A stretch of DNA of 64,000 nucleotides from contig CAVUWD010000015.1 in NCBI GenBank assembly GCA_963745025.1, forward strand, positions 1 through 64,000. Direction: 5' to 3'. The notes under the pieces were generated by a model that saw nothing but the letters and a program-made list of their open reading frames with translations, searched no databases and was not told the DNA's origin. The stretch's first letter is position 1. Every line of letters begins with the position of its first letter. A program made the translations under genes and the position numbers. This document shows, one piece after another, positions 10,218 to 20,121 of the stretch. The stretch comes from an uncultured delta proteobacterium. GTDB lineage: Bacteria; Desulfobacterota; Binatia; JACPRU01.

Positions 10218-11571
10218 ATGGGATTCGAGAGAGATATCGCGGTTCAAGAACCGCTTCGGCTTCATCGCTACGTCGCTCAGCAATGGCGTCGATGCGCACC
10301 CGTGCTCTTCTTCGTTCTTGCGAGCCGAGCCTTCGTCGCCGCCCACGACACGGCTACGGCGCCGTTCACGCTCGACGAGTTGGTAGGGGAAGCCCTGAGA
10401 GAGAACCCGGAGATGCGAGCACTCTCCGCGAGCATCGACTCCGCTCGTGGCGAGGTGACAACCGCCGCGACGTGGCCGAATCCGGAGTTGTCCCTCTCGC
10501 CGAAGGTGGCCCACGTGAAGGGCGACGGGAGCCGCGGGACGACGGAGTTCGACGGCCAGTACGGGTTCACTCAGACCATCGAGTTTCCTGGGAAGCGCGC
10601 GCTCCGTCGCGCGCTGGCGGAGAGGAACGTGGACATCCGCGAGCTAGCTCTCGGCGGATTCCGAAACCAGCTCCGCGTCCAGGTGACAAACGTCTACTAT
10701 CGATTGCTCGCGTCGGCGGCGCTCGTGTCGCTGAAGGAGAAGCGGCTGGCGTTGGCGCGCACGTTCGTAGCGGCCGCCCGAAGGAAGGTCGACGCAGGGT
10801 TTGCTCCCGAGTTCGAGGCGACGAAGGCGGAGGTGGAAGTGGTCGCAGGGGAAAAGGCACTTCGCGAGGCGCAGGCGGAGCACCTGGCAGCCCGTGCGGT
10901 GTTGAATACCCTTCTCGGGAGAAAGCCCGGCGATGCGTTGACGATCGCCGGGACCATCGACGCCGGCGCTGCGGCGCCGGACGAATCCGTGCTTCTCGCG
11001 GAGGCACAGGCGCGAAATCCCATCCTCAAGGTCCAAGCCGCCGAGGTCGAGCGAACGCGCGTTGCCCTCGCGCTGGCGCGGCGATCGCGCCTTCCGGACT
11101 TCACGGTCGGGCCGAGCTATGAGACTGAGCCGGACACGAGCTTCTACGCCTTCGGGATCTCGCTGCCGCTACCGCTCTGGGACCAGAAGAAGGGCGAGAT
11201 CGCCACCGCCGAGGCGGAGGAGCGCCGGGCATCGGCCGAGCTGATCAAGCTCCAGCTGGAGATAGCGCGCGATGTCCTGACGAGCGCCCAGCAACTGGCA
11301 GCAGCGCGAGACGGCCTCTCCTATTACACGCCGGAACTCCGCGCCAAGCTGGCGAGTGCTCTCGACGCACGCCGCCAGCACCTACGCGGAAGGGAGGACG
11401 ACGCTTCTCGTCTTCCTCGAGACGCAGCGGACATACTTCGACACGCAGACCGACTACTTCCAGACCCTGGAGAAGCTCTACGACGCACGGGCGGCGCTCG
11501 AGGGCGCGCTCGGGGTGCCGTTGACGGAGATCCAGACCCCGACGTCCGACGGAGGGAAGGGAATTCAGTGA
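10218..11571 (+). CDS. czcC: TolC/CzcC family outer membrane efflux protein (frameshift near 11370; start uncertain)
   Basis: WPNPEL, QTIEFPGKRALR, ISLPLPLWDQKKG; C-terminus YAEGRTTLLVFLETQRTY continues in ORF 11356..11571. Confidence 0.85.
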
Positions 11572-12517
11572 AACGAGAGAAGCTAGTACCCCGCCTTGCG
11601 GCTGCCGCGCTGCTCGCGTTGGTTGCTGGATGCCGAGGCGGGACCGAGCCGACCGGCGCAACGGCCGCGGTCGAGACGGCAGAGAAGCAGGCGCCGGACG
11701 TCGTCAAGCTGAGCGAGGAGAGCCTGCGGCTCGCCAATCTCGAGATCAACCCGGTCACTCGCGGGCACTTGAACATGACGCTCAGGAGCCCAGGCCGGAT
11801 CAGCGTGAACGTCAATCGAACCGCGAAGGTAACTTCCACGCTCGAAGGTCGGATCTCGAAGATGAACCACGACATCGGGGCCGAGGTCCGAGCTGGAGAG
11901 GTCATGGCGCTCGTCGACAGCCCGGAGCTCCTCAACAAGCCGCTCGAGCTGAAGGCTCCCGTCGGGGGACGGGTGATCGAACGGCACGGCACGGTCGGCG
12001 AAGCCGTCGACCGCACGAAGGAGCTCTACGCGATCAGCGACCTCTCGAACCTCTGGGCGATCGCCGAAATCAAGGAAAAGGACGTCGCGCTGGTGCACGT
12101 CGGCCAGGAGGCGACCCTGCGGGTCCTCGCCTACCCGCAAGAGACGTTCACGGGCAAGGTCACGCTGGTCGGCCACGAGATCGAGGAGAAAACCCGAACG
12201 CTCGAGGTCCGGCTCCAGGTGGACAACGCCGGCGGCAAGCTGAAGCCCGGGATGTTTGCCGACGTGGAGATCGTGACCCACGTTCTCGAGAACGTGCTGG
12301 TGATTCCGGACGGAGCTGTCCAGATGCTCGAAGATCAGCAGGTCGTCTTCGTTGCCGCGGACCGCAACGCCTTCGCCAAGCGAACCGTGAGCGTCGGCCG
12401 CGAGCAGAACGGACGCACCGAGGTCGTCGACGGGCTCGGGAGGGCGAGCGTGTCGTCACGAAGGGCAGCTTCCTCCTCAAGTCCGAGATGCTGAAGAGCC
12501 AGCTCTCCGAGGAGTGA
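11568..12517 (+). CDS. czcB: CzcB/CusB family periplasmic adaptor (frameshift near 12440; alpha-hairpin absent)
   Basis: GTG start, lipobox-like LVAGC, DLSNLWAIAEI, LKPGMFA, C-terminal GERVVTKGSFLLKSE in a shifted frame. Confidence 0.87.
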
Positions 12518-12524
12518 CGCCGCC

Positions 12525-15500
12525 ATGATCGACAGGATCCTCGAGTTCGCGGTCAAGCAGCGGCTGCTGGTCCTCCTCGGCACCCTCGTTCTCGTCGGCG
12601 TCGGCCTCCTCGCGGCTGCGCGCATCCCGATCGACGCGTTCCCCGACGTGACCAACGTTCAGGTCCAAGTCCTCGTCAAGGCCGGCGCAATGTCGCCTCC
12701 AGAAGTCGAAAAGCTGGTCACCTACCCGATCGAGATCGAGATGGGCGGGTTGCCGCGCCTGCAAGAGATCCGCTCGGTCTCGAAGATCGGCCTCGCGATG
12801 ATCACCGTCGTCTTCGAGGACGGCGTCAACGATTACTTCGCGCGGCAGCTCGTCTTCGAGCGGGTCTCGCAAGCCAAGGACAAGATGCCTGCGGGGGTGG
12901 AGGTCGTGCTCGGGCCGATCACGACCGGGCTCGGCGAGATCTTCCAGTACACTCTGAAGAGCGCGGATGGCCGATACTCGGCCATGGACCTTCGCACGAT
13001 CCAGGACTACATCGTGCGGCCGCTTCTCCGAACGGTCCCGGGCGTCACCGACGTGAACAGCTTCGGCGGCGTGGTGAAGCAGTACCAGGTGATCGTCAAT
13101 CCCGATCGCCTGACCTCCTACGATCTGACGCTCAAGGAAGTGTTCGAGGCGCTCGAGCGCAACAACGCGAACGCCAGCGGCAACTTCATCGAGCACCGGA
13201 GCGAGCAGTGGGTCGTCCGGGGTCTCGGGCTCGCGAAGTCGACCGATGACCTCGGCAACATCGTCGTCGCCGCACAGCACGCGCCCGTCTACGTGCGGGA
13301 CGTCGCCGAGGTGAGGATCGGCCCCGAGCTTCGCCAGGGAGCGGTATCCATGAACGGCGAAGGCGAGGTCGTCGCCGGCATCGTCCTCATGCTCAAGGGG
13401 GCAAGCGGCCGCGATGTCGTGAACGCCGTCAAGGAGAAGCTGCCCGCCATCCAGAAGGCGCTACCGAAGGGCGTCGAGCTCGAGCCCTTCTATGACCGTA
13501 CCGATCTCGTGAAGAAGTGCATCGGTACGGTGACCAAAGCGCTCGAAGAGGGCGCCGTCCTCGTCCTCGCCGTCCTCGTCGTGCTCCTCGGCAGCATCCG
13601 CTCGGCGGCCATCGTCACGCTGGTGCTGCCGCTCTCCGCGCTCACCGCCTTCATCATGATGAGCTGGGTCGGCATGTCGGCGAACCTCATGTCGCTCGGC
13701 GGCCTGGCCATCGGCATCGGCATGATGGTCGACGGCGCTGTGGTGATGGTCGAGAACGTCTTCCGTCACCTCACCGCGAAGCAGGATCCGGTCAAGCACC
13801 ACCACACCGACAAGGCGCACGCCGTCCTCTACGCCGCCAAGGAAGTGGGCCGGCCGATCGTGTTCGGCATCGCGATCATCGTCATCGTCTTCCTCCCGCT
13901 CTTCACGCTCCAGGGCTTCGAGGGGAAGATGTTTTCGCCGCTCGCGTTCACCATCTCCTTCGCTCTCGCCGGATCTCTCGTGCTCTCGCTGACGCTCGTC
14001 CCTACGCTCTGCACGTGGTTCCTGCCGCAGAAGGAGATGGAGCACGACCCGCGGATTCTGCGCGTCCTGAAGCGTATCTACGTGCCGCGGCTTCGCTGGG
14101 CGGTCCGCCACCCGAAGACGGTCGTCGGCACGGCCCTCGTCCTCCTCGCGGGGAGCCTCGCTCTCGTCCCGCTCATCGGCACGGAGTTCCTGCCCTCGCT
14201 CGACGAGGGATCGGTCGCCGTTCAGACCTTCCGACTGCCGAGCATCTCGCTCACGCAGTCCCTGGATCTCCAGAAAGAGGCCGAGAAGATCCTGAAGCGG
14301 TTCCCGGAGACGATCAACGTGGTTTCGAAGACGGGCCGAGCCGACATCGCTTCGGACCCCATGGGCGTCGAGGTGAGCGACGTCATCGTGACCCTGAAGC
14401 CGAGATCGGAATGGACGACGGCCCAGGGCAAAGACGAGCTCGTCGAGGCCATGCGGGAGGCTCTCGAGAAGTTGCCTGGCGTGGCATCGAGCTTTTCGCA
14501 GCCGATCGCTCTCCGCGTCGACGAGCTGGTGAGCGGGGTCAAGTCGGCGATCGGGATCAAGATCTTCGGCGAGGACCTCGGTGTCCTCAAGAAGAAGGCC
14601 GAGGAAGTGGCGCGTGTCCTTCGCAAGGTGCGCGGCGCGGCCGACGTCAACGTCGAGAAGGTGAGCGGCCTCGCCTACCTCGAGGCCGACATCGACCGCG
14701 ACCGCATCGCCCGCTACGGGGTGAACGTCGCGGACGTGAACGAGATCATCGAGATTGCGATCGGTGGCAAGGAGGCGTCGCGCGTTTTCGAGGGGCAAAA
14801 ATCCTTCGGCGTAATCGCCCGGTTTCCCGAGTGGCAACGCGACGACGTCGAGCCGATCAAAGGCATCCTGATCAACGCGCCCGGCGGCGCGCGGCTGCCG
14901 CTCGGGCAGCTCGCGCGGGTCTCTCTCAAGGAAGGACCGGCGCAGATCAGCCGCGAGAACGCGCAGCGGCGGATCGTCATCGAGTGCAACGTCCGCGACC
15001 GCGACATCGGCGGCTTCGTGGCGGAAGCCCGTGCCAAAATCGACGCCGTCGTGAAGCTTCCGCCCGGCTACCTCGTCACTTGGGGCGGTCAGTTCGAGAA
15101 CCAGCAGCGAGCGATGCGCCGCTTCACGATCGTCGTGCCGCTGACGATCGCGATGATCTTCATACTGCTCTTCTGTAGCTTCAACTCTCTGAAGCAGGCG
15201 GCTCTCATCATCACCAACATTCCGTTCGCTTTGATCGGTGGGATCGTCGCGCTCGTGCTCGGCGGGTTCAACCTCAGCGTGTCGGCGAGTGTCGGCTTCA
15301 TCGCGCTTTTCGGTGTCGCCGTCCTAAACGGCGTCGTCATGGTGAGCTACATCAATGAGCTGCGCGACCGCGGGCAGATCGTCGAGCACGCGGTCGTCCA
15401 GGGTGCCGCCCTCCGTCTGCGGCCGGTGCTGATCACCGCCCTCGTTGCCGCGCTCGGGTTGGTACCGATGCTCTTCGCCACCGGCCCGGGATCCGAGATC

Positions 15501-15647
15501 CAGAAGCCGCTCGCCGCCGTCGTCATCGGCGGTCTCGTCTCGTCGACGGTGCTGACGCTCTTCGTTCTTCCCGTGCTCTATTGCTGGTTCGAGCGTGGAC
15601 CCGTCGCCAAAGGACGGGACTCTTCTCAGCCCCAAACAACCTCCTGA
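12525..15647 (+). CDS. czcA: CzcA/CusA family heavy-metal efflux RND transporter
   Basis: 1040 aa; PIDAFPDVTNVQVQV, SANLMSLGG, VDGAVVMVEN, FSQPI, GFIALFGVAVLNG, RLRPVLIT motifs. Confidence 0.95.
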   Translation: MIDRILEFAVKQRLLVLLGTLVLVGVGLLAAARIPIDAFPDVTNVQVQVLVKAGAMSPPEVEKLVTYPIEIEMGGLPRLQEIRSVSKIGLAMITVVFEDGVNDYFARQLVFERVSQAKDKMPAGVEVVLGPITTGLGEIFQYTLKSADGRYSAMDLRTIQDYIVRPLLRTVPGVTDVNSFGGVVKQYQVIVNPDRLTSYDLTLKEVFEALERNNANASGNFIEHRSEQWVVRGLGLAKSTDDLGNIVVAAQHAPVYVRDVAEVRIGPELRQGAVSMNGEGEVVAGIVLMLKGASGRDVVNAVKEKLPAIQKALPKGVELEPFYDRTDLVKKCIGTVTKALEEGAVLVLAVLVVLLGSIRSAAIVTLVLPLSALTAFIMMSWVGMSANLMSLGGLAIGIGMMVDGAVVMVENVFRHLTAKQDPVKHHHTDKAHAVLYAAKEVGRPIVFGIAIIVIVFLPLFTLQGFEGKMFSPLAFTISFALAGSLVLSLTLVPTLCTWFLPQKEMEHDPRILRVLKRIYVPRLRWAVRHPKTVVGTALVLLAGSLALVPLIGTEFLPSLDEGSVAVQTFRLPSISLTQSLDLQKEAEKILKRFPETINVVSKTGRADIASDPMGVEVSDVIVTLKPRSEWTTAQGKDELVEAMREALEKLPGVASSFSQPIALRVDELVSGVKSAIGIKIFGEDLGVLKKKAEEVARVLRKVRGAADVNVEKVSGLAYLEADIDRDRIARYGVNVADVNEIIEIAIGGKEASRVFEGQKSFGVIARFPEWQRDDVEPIKGILINAPGGARLPLGQLARVSLKEGPAQISRENAQRRIVIECNVRDRDIGGFVAEARAKIDAVVKLPPGYLVTWGGQFENQQRAMRRFTIVVPLTIAMIFILLFCSFNSLKQAALIITNIPFALIGGIVALVLGGFNLSVSASVGFIALFGVAVLNGVVMVSYINELRDRGQIVEHAVVQGAALRLRPVLITALVAALGLVPMLFATGPGSEIQKPLAAVVIGGLVSSTVLTLFVLPVLYCWFERGPVAKGRDSSQPQTTS

Positions 15648-15675
15648 ACGACCTCCCGGCGACAGCGTGCAGCGG
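15622..15675. repeat. Dispersed 54-bp repeat, copy 1
   Basis: Core 15639-15675 matches 47850-47886 at 36/37; upstream CTTCTCA also aligns without gaps. Confidence 0.85.
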
Positions 15676-15697
15676 CGGTCGGGGGCGCTACTACGGC

Positions 15698-16537
15698 TCA
15701 CGGAAGGCCGGCGCCCGGCACATCGACCTCGACGGTCTCGATCCGGCCGCTTCGCTTCGCGAGCGCTTCGGACGGGTCGTGCGTCTCCGCCGTGACGAGG
15801 AAGAGCGTCCGGCGGTCGGCCCCGCCGAGCATGCAGGCGTAGGGACGACGTGACGGCTTGAAGCGGTGCGTCACGGCGCCGCCCTCGCGAACGCGGAGTA
15901 CTTCCTCGGAGAGCGGCGATGCCACCCAGATCGCTCCCTCGGCGTCGAGACAGATGCCGTCCGGGACCATGTTCTCGACGGCCGCCCAGACTCGGCGGCC
16001 CGCTAGCGAGCCGTCGCTCTCGACGTCGAACGCGGTCAGCTTGGCGCCGAAGCTCTCGCCGACGACGAGGGTCTTCCCGTCGGGTGTGATGACGGTGCCG
16101 TTTGGAAACTCGAGGTCCCGCGCGACGACGCGGGCCTTACCATCCGGCGTCACGAGCAGGAGCTCGGCGGGCTTTCGGGCAGCGTTGGCGTGCAGGTCGT
16201 AGCCGAAATTGCCGACGTACGCGCGCCCGAGCTCGTCGACGACCATATCGTTACAGTCGAACGCAGCGAGCTTCGAAAGGTCGGCGAGCGTCGTGAGCTT
16301 CTTCCCGTCGAGCCTCAGAAGCTGCCGGTCCCTCATCGATACGACGAGGAGCCGGCCGTCGGGGAGCCAGCCCAGCCCCGAGGGAAGGTTCGGGACCTCG
16401 ACGATCCTTTCAGTGCGTCCCGCGAGGTCGACCGTCATGACCCAGCGCGCATGCATGTCCGAGAACCAGAGCTTCCCATCGTGCCAGCGGGGTCCTTCGC
16501 CGAACACCAAGCCTTCGAGGAGAGTTTTTGTCTTCAT
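15698..16537 (-). CDS. SMP-30/gluconolactonase/LRE family protein
   Basis: FGEGPRWHDGKLWFSDM, CNDMVVD, FPNGTVIT, PDGICLDAEGAIW motifs. Confidence 0.93.
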   Translation of the reverse strand: MKTKTLLEGLVFGEGPRWHDGKLWFSDMHARWVMTVDLAGRTERIVEVPNLPSGLGWLPDGRLLVVSMRDRQLLRLDGKKLTTLADLSKLAAFDCNDMVVDELGRAYVGNFGYDLHANAARKPAELLLVTPDGKARVVARDLEFPNGTVITPDGKTLVVGESFGAKLTAFDVESDGSLAGRRVWAAVENMVPDGICLDAEGAIWVASPLSEEVLRVREGGAVTHRFKPSRRPYACMLGGADRRTLFLVTAETHDPSEALAKRSGRIETVEVDVPGAGLP

Positions 16538-16973
16538 CCGTTCGCGCATATCCGCGCCCAACGCGAGTTACAAGACGCGCACGCTCTGCGACCGGCGGAA
16601 CGAGGCGGGTCACGCGGAGGACGCGGGCTACGTAGGTCTCGGTCCCGCTGTAGGGCGGGTTCCCGTAGCAGCCGTCGACGAAGCGGCTTTCCACGTTGTA
16701 GACGGAGCCCCCTGGGGAGGTTGGCGCTATGAAGGTCGAGGAGGAGATGGCGTCGGCGCGAACGTTCCCGAGAGCGTGCTGCGCTTCTTGAGAGCTCCCT
16801 TCGCGAGCGGGGGTATCAAGGAAACCTCCGGTGGGTCGGCGGCGCACCGCCTTGGCAGGACGAGGGGCTAACTCGTGCTGCCGAGCGGAGAGTTTGGAGC
16901 GATCGGTGTGCCGCAGCTCGGTGTCGCGCCGCTTCGTGGCCCTGCCGAGCTCTAAGCTGGCCCGCGGTCGGGA

Positions 16974-16989
16974 TAGGGGACTTTCCTCA
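16974..16989. promoter_or_regulatory. 16-bp quasi-palindromic box (candidate transcription factor site)
   Basis: TAGGGGACTTTCCTCA; similar boxes at 22673, 23278, 54941 and 54977. Confidence 0.5.
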
Positions 16990-17248
16990 TCGCACTTGTG
17001 TGCCGTTCCGCGCGTTACTGAGGTGTGATTCTCATTGCCCTCAACAACAGGGAGGAAACGTCGTGTTCTATGGAGCTCGTGGACTCATTCATTGTGATCA
17101 TGCTCTTGACGGGTCGGCTGTAACTCAGCGGGGGCACCCGGATGACGATCCTACGTCTTCGGCATGCCACCCGTTGTCCCTTAGCGCGCTCGGGCGCGCC
17201 TATCTGAGGAAGCGTCGAGGTCATCGGGGAATCTCAAGGAGATCAATC

Positions 17249-17737
17249 ATGCCGCGAATCACTCGTGTCAGCTCCCAGGACATGGTGCGCTCGGCCGCCA
17301 TTGTGTTAACGGCGACTCTTGCCTCATGCGCCGGGTTCCGTCAGCCGGCCGTGCAAACAAGCGCAAGCAAACCAACCGTAAGCTACGTTTATAACGACGA
17401 TCAGGGGCTAGTGGAAGCCACGAGTCAAGCCGAAAGCTACTGCGCGCAATACAGCGCTTGGCCGAGATCCTCGGACATCGTTACACAGTCTGACGGTCGG
17501 CATGTCACCTTCTTCTGCGACCAGCCGCGTACCGTGATGTCGGCTCCGGCCACAGTCGTCGTGCCTCCCGCTCAGCAGGTCGTCAGCTACCCTTATCGCG
17601 ACGACCGCGGTTTGATCGAAGCGGCCAACCAGGCGCAACGGTATTGCATGGGATTCAATGCCAATGCGCGGTCGACCGTTGTAGCTAACAATGCGGATGG
17701 CAGCCGGACTCTCAGGTTCGAATGTGTGCGCGAGTAG
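17249..17737 (+). CDS. Lipoprotein with two tandem repeat domains
   Basis: AAGGAG RBS, lipobox LASC; repeats VSYVYNDDQGLVEATSQAESYC and VSYPYRDDRGLIEAANQAQRYC. Confidence 0.75.
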   Translation: MPRITRVSSQDMVRSAAIVLTATLASCAGFRQPAVQTSASKPTVSYVYNDDQGLVEATSQAESYCAQYSAWPRSSDIVTQSDGRHVTFFCDQPRTVMSAPATVVVPPAQQVVSYPYRDDRGLIEAANQAQRYCMGFNANARSTVVANNADGSRTLRFECVRE

Positions 17738-17947
17738 CGGATGTTTGCCAGCGCCCGATGCGTTGACGTGGAGTCCGGACCGATGCGGCGTTCTCACGGA
17801 TCGTCGGGAAGACAGCCATAAGCAAAATCCTTTATGATCCTCCCGGTGGCCTTTGAGCAACGGAGCACCGCACACTGGAGAGGTCCAGCACTCCGACGCC
17901 CTTGTCGACGAGCTATCAGCTATCACAGAACTACATCGGCGTCATTG

Positions 17948-18163
17948 GCCACTGTAGCTCAGGCGGACGATCACGTCGTCGCGTCTGCGGTGCGCCGCGC
18001 GGGTGTCCCGGAGAGAATTCGTAATCAGTGGTCGTGGCCCTTTGGCACACCCTCGACGGATGAAAATGGGGCTCGTGCCGACGTCTGCAGGACTGCCGAA
18101 ACGCCGTTCGAAGTTATTTTCTAAGCAGGCAGCAGGTGGCCGGTTCGATTCCGGCGGGTGGCT
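17948..18163 (+). pseudogene. Fragmented tRNA-Thr(CGT) remnant in three ordered pieces
   Basis: GCCACTGTAGCTCAGGCGG (17948-17966), ATTCGTAATCAG-TGGTCG (18017-18034), and GCCGG-TTCGATT-CCGGC-GGGTGGCT (18139-18163); the 5' and 3' acceptor strands pair at 6 of 7 positions (one G-U). Confidence 0.65.
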
Positions 18164-18253
18164 CTTGCAAATCTACTAGGTAGGGGACAATCGTAGGATC
18201 GTGCTCTCGTCAGGCAAGGAGTGGAGCCCGCTCTCGTATAGTGTCCGTGTTCC

Positions 18254-19108
18254 ATGCGCTGGCAGCTAGGCAGACGGAGCGAAAATGTCGAAGACGCACG
18301 AGGCCGCGGCGTGGGCCTCGGCGGACTTTCCGTCGGCGGCATCGTGGTGGCGCTCCTCGCCTCGTACTTCTTCGGCGTCGATCCGATGCAGATGCTCGGC
18401 ATCATGGCGCAGCTGCAGGGCGATCTGCCGGTCGAGTCACGCCGCAGCACGCCGCCCGCCGACGATGCGGGTGGAGATTTCGTGCGCGCGATCCTCGGTG
18501 ACACCGAGGACACCTGGGCGCAGATCTTCGAAGCGAGAGGCAGGAAGTACGAGCCCGCTCATCTCGTGCTTTTCAGCGGCATGGTGCGTTCGGGGTGCGG
18601 CGGCGCGAGCGCGGCGTCAGGCCCGTTCTTTTGTCCCTCGGACCACAAAGTCTATCTCGACCTGAGCTTCTTCGAAGAGATGCGCGATCGGCTCGGCGGT
18701 GGCGGAGAGTTCGCCGAGGCCTACGTGATCGCGCACGAGGTCGGGCACCACGTGCAGGCGCTGCTCGGTCTCAGCCGAGACGTCGACGAAGCGCGCCGCA
18801 TGGGCGAATCGGTGAGCGGGGCCGAAGGCCCGCTCGTGCGTCAGGAGTTGCAGGCGGATTGTTTCGCCGGCGTGTGGGCCTACCACGGGCAGTCGCGCCA
18901 CCAGTGGCTCGATCCCGGCGACGTCGAGGAAGCGCTCGCGACCGCAACCGCGATCGGCGACGACCGCCTGCAGCGCAAGAGTCAAGGGAACGTCGTGCCC
19001 GACGCTTTCACGCACGGCACATCGGAGCAGCGCGTGCGATGGTTCACACGAGGCCTCGAGAGCGGTGACATGGACCGCTGCGATACGTTCTCGGCGCGCT
19101 CGCTCTAG
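18254..19108 (+). CDS. ypfJ: YpfJ-like neutral zinc metallopeptidase
   Basis: RRSENVEDAR, GPFFCP, YVIAHEVGHHVQ, ELQADCFAG, FTHGTSEQR motifs. Confidence 0.93.
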   Translation: MRWQLGRRSENVEDARGRGVGLGGLSVGGIVVALLASYFFGVDPMQMLGIMAQLQGDLPVESRRSTPPADDAGGDFVRAILGDTEDTWAQIFEARGRKYEPAHLVLFSGMVRSGCGGASAASGPFFCPSDHKVYLDLSFFEEMRDRLGGGGEFAEAYVIAHEVGHHVQALLGLSRDVDEARRMGESVSGAEGPLVRQELQADCFAGVWAYHGQSRHQWLDPGDVEEALATATAIGDDRLQRKSQGNVVPDAFTHGTSEQRVRWFTRGLESGDMDRCDTFSARSL

Positions 19109-19403
19109 GCATGTAATCGGCGAAGCCGCGAAACGACGCGTTCCGCCAACCTCGATTGACCGTTGAATCGGCGCGAGCGTGCCGAAGGCCGCCCAGGTCC
19201 TTCATGTGCCTATAGTTGATGCGACGATCGCGAAGCGCTTTCCCCAGCGTGTCCATATTGAACTGGGGATTATGCCGGGAACGCGGGATAGTTCGCACAT
19301 CGATCAATTGCCGGATGCCATAGGTCCGAAGGCTTTTAACGAACTCCTCAAGCCCGTGCGTCGAGTGGCCGATTGTGAAGATCGTCATCGCGGCTTTTCT
19401 CAT
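19109..19403 (-). pseudogene. DUF488 family protein, 3'-truncated
   Basis: IFTIGHST, LIDVRTIPRSRHNPQFN, WRNASFRGFADYM; homology stops at the stop codon of the convergent peptidase gene. Confidence 0.8.
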
Positions 19404-19407
19404 GCGG

Positions 19408-20121
19408 CTATGGCCAATCGTAGCCGGGGAAGTAGTCCGTTTTGATCCGGCCTTTGGGCACCTTCATGCCCTTGAGCATTTTGTCAAAGGCTTCGACCAT
19501 CGGCGCCGGCCCCGACACATAGAAGATCGGTTTCTTCAAGTCGCCGACTGCCTCCCGAATGGCTCGCTCATCAATGCGCTTGGGTTTCACGAAGTAGCGA
19601 ATCTTAAACTCCGGATGTTTCTTGGCCAGCGCCTCCAGCTCTCGGCGATAAACGAAGTTCTCGTCGCGATTGGCGTAGAGCAACTGAACGTTGATGGGGA
19701 GCTTCTTGTGGTCCAGATCGAGCAGGATCGCGCGGTAAGGCGTCACGCCTATGCCGCCGGCGATGAAGAGGTGCTGCGTCTGGGCATCCTCGACCACGAA
19801 GTCGCCTTCCGGGCCGTCCGCCCCGATGCTTGCTCCGACGGCCAGCTTCTTGAGCGCTTTCTTGAAGGTGCTGCTCTTGTGCGCGAAGCGAGTCGTGAGC
19901 ATGATGCGCCCTTCGAAAGGAGAGGAGGCGATGGTGAAATAACGTTCTTTGCCCCGGCTGTCCGGCTTTTTGTGATCGAGGGTGTAATGCAGATACTGGC
20001 CGGGTTTCCAGGTCTTCAGCCGGTTGCACTTGAATTGGAATGAGAAGGTGTCAGGGGTTTCCTGTTTCTTGCCGGCCACGACCAATGTCATCGGTGCCTT
20101 CTTAATGGGACTAGTCATCAT
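19408..20121 (-). CDS. FNR-like FAD/NAD(P)-binding oxidoreductase
   Basis: [31 protein letters not shown] motifs; ATGA overlap with zwf. Confidence 0.9.
   Translation of the reverse strand: MMTSPIKKAPMTLVVAGKKQETPDTFSFQFKCNRLKTWKPGQYLHYTLDHKKPDSRGKERYFTIASSPFEGRIMLTTRFAHKSSTFKKALKKLAVGASIGADGPEGDFVVEDAQTQHLFIAGGIGVTPYRAILLDLDHKKLPINVQLLYANRDENFVYRRELEALAKKHPEFKIRYFVKPKRIDERAIREAVGDLKKPIFYVSGPAPMVEAFDKMLKGMKVPKGRIKTDYFPGYDWP

Noticed and set aside
10116-12494. 792-aa ORF suggesting a TolC-adaptor fusion
   Set aside because: Caused by a single frameshift near 11370; the TolC C-terminus and stop are in ORF 11356..11571.
16590-16710. Possible lytic transglycosylase tail (GNPPYSGTETYVARVL, minus strand)
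   Set aside because: Too short and degenerate to call as a feature.
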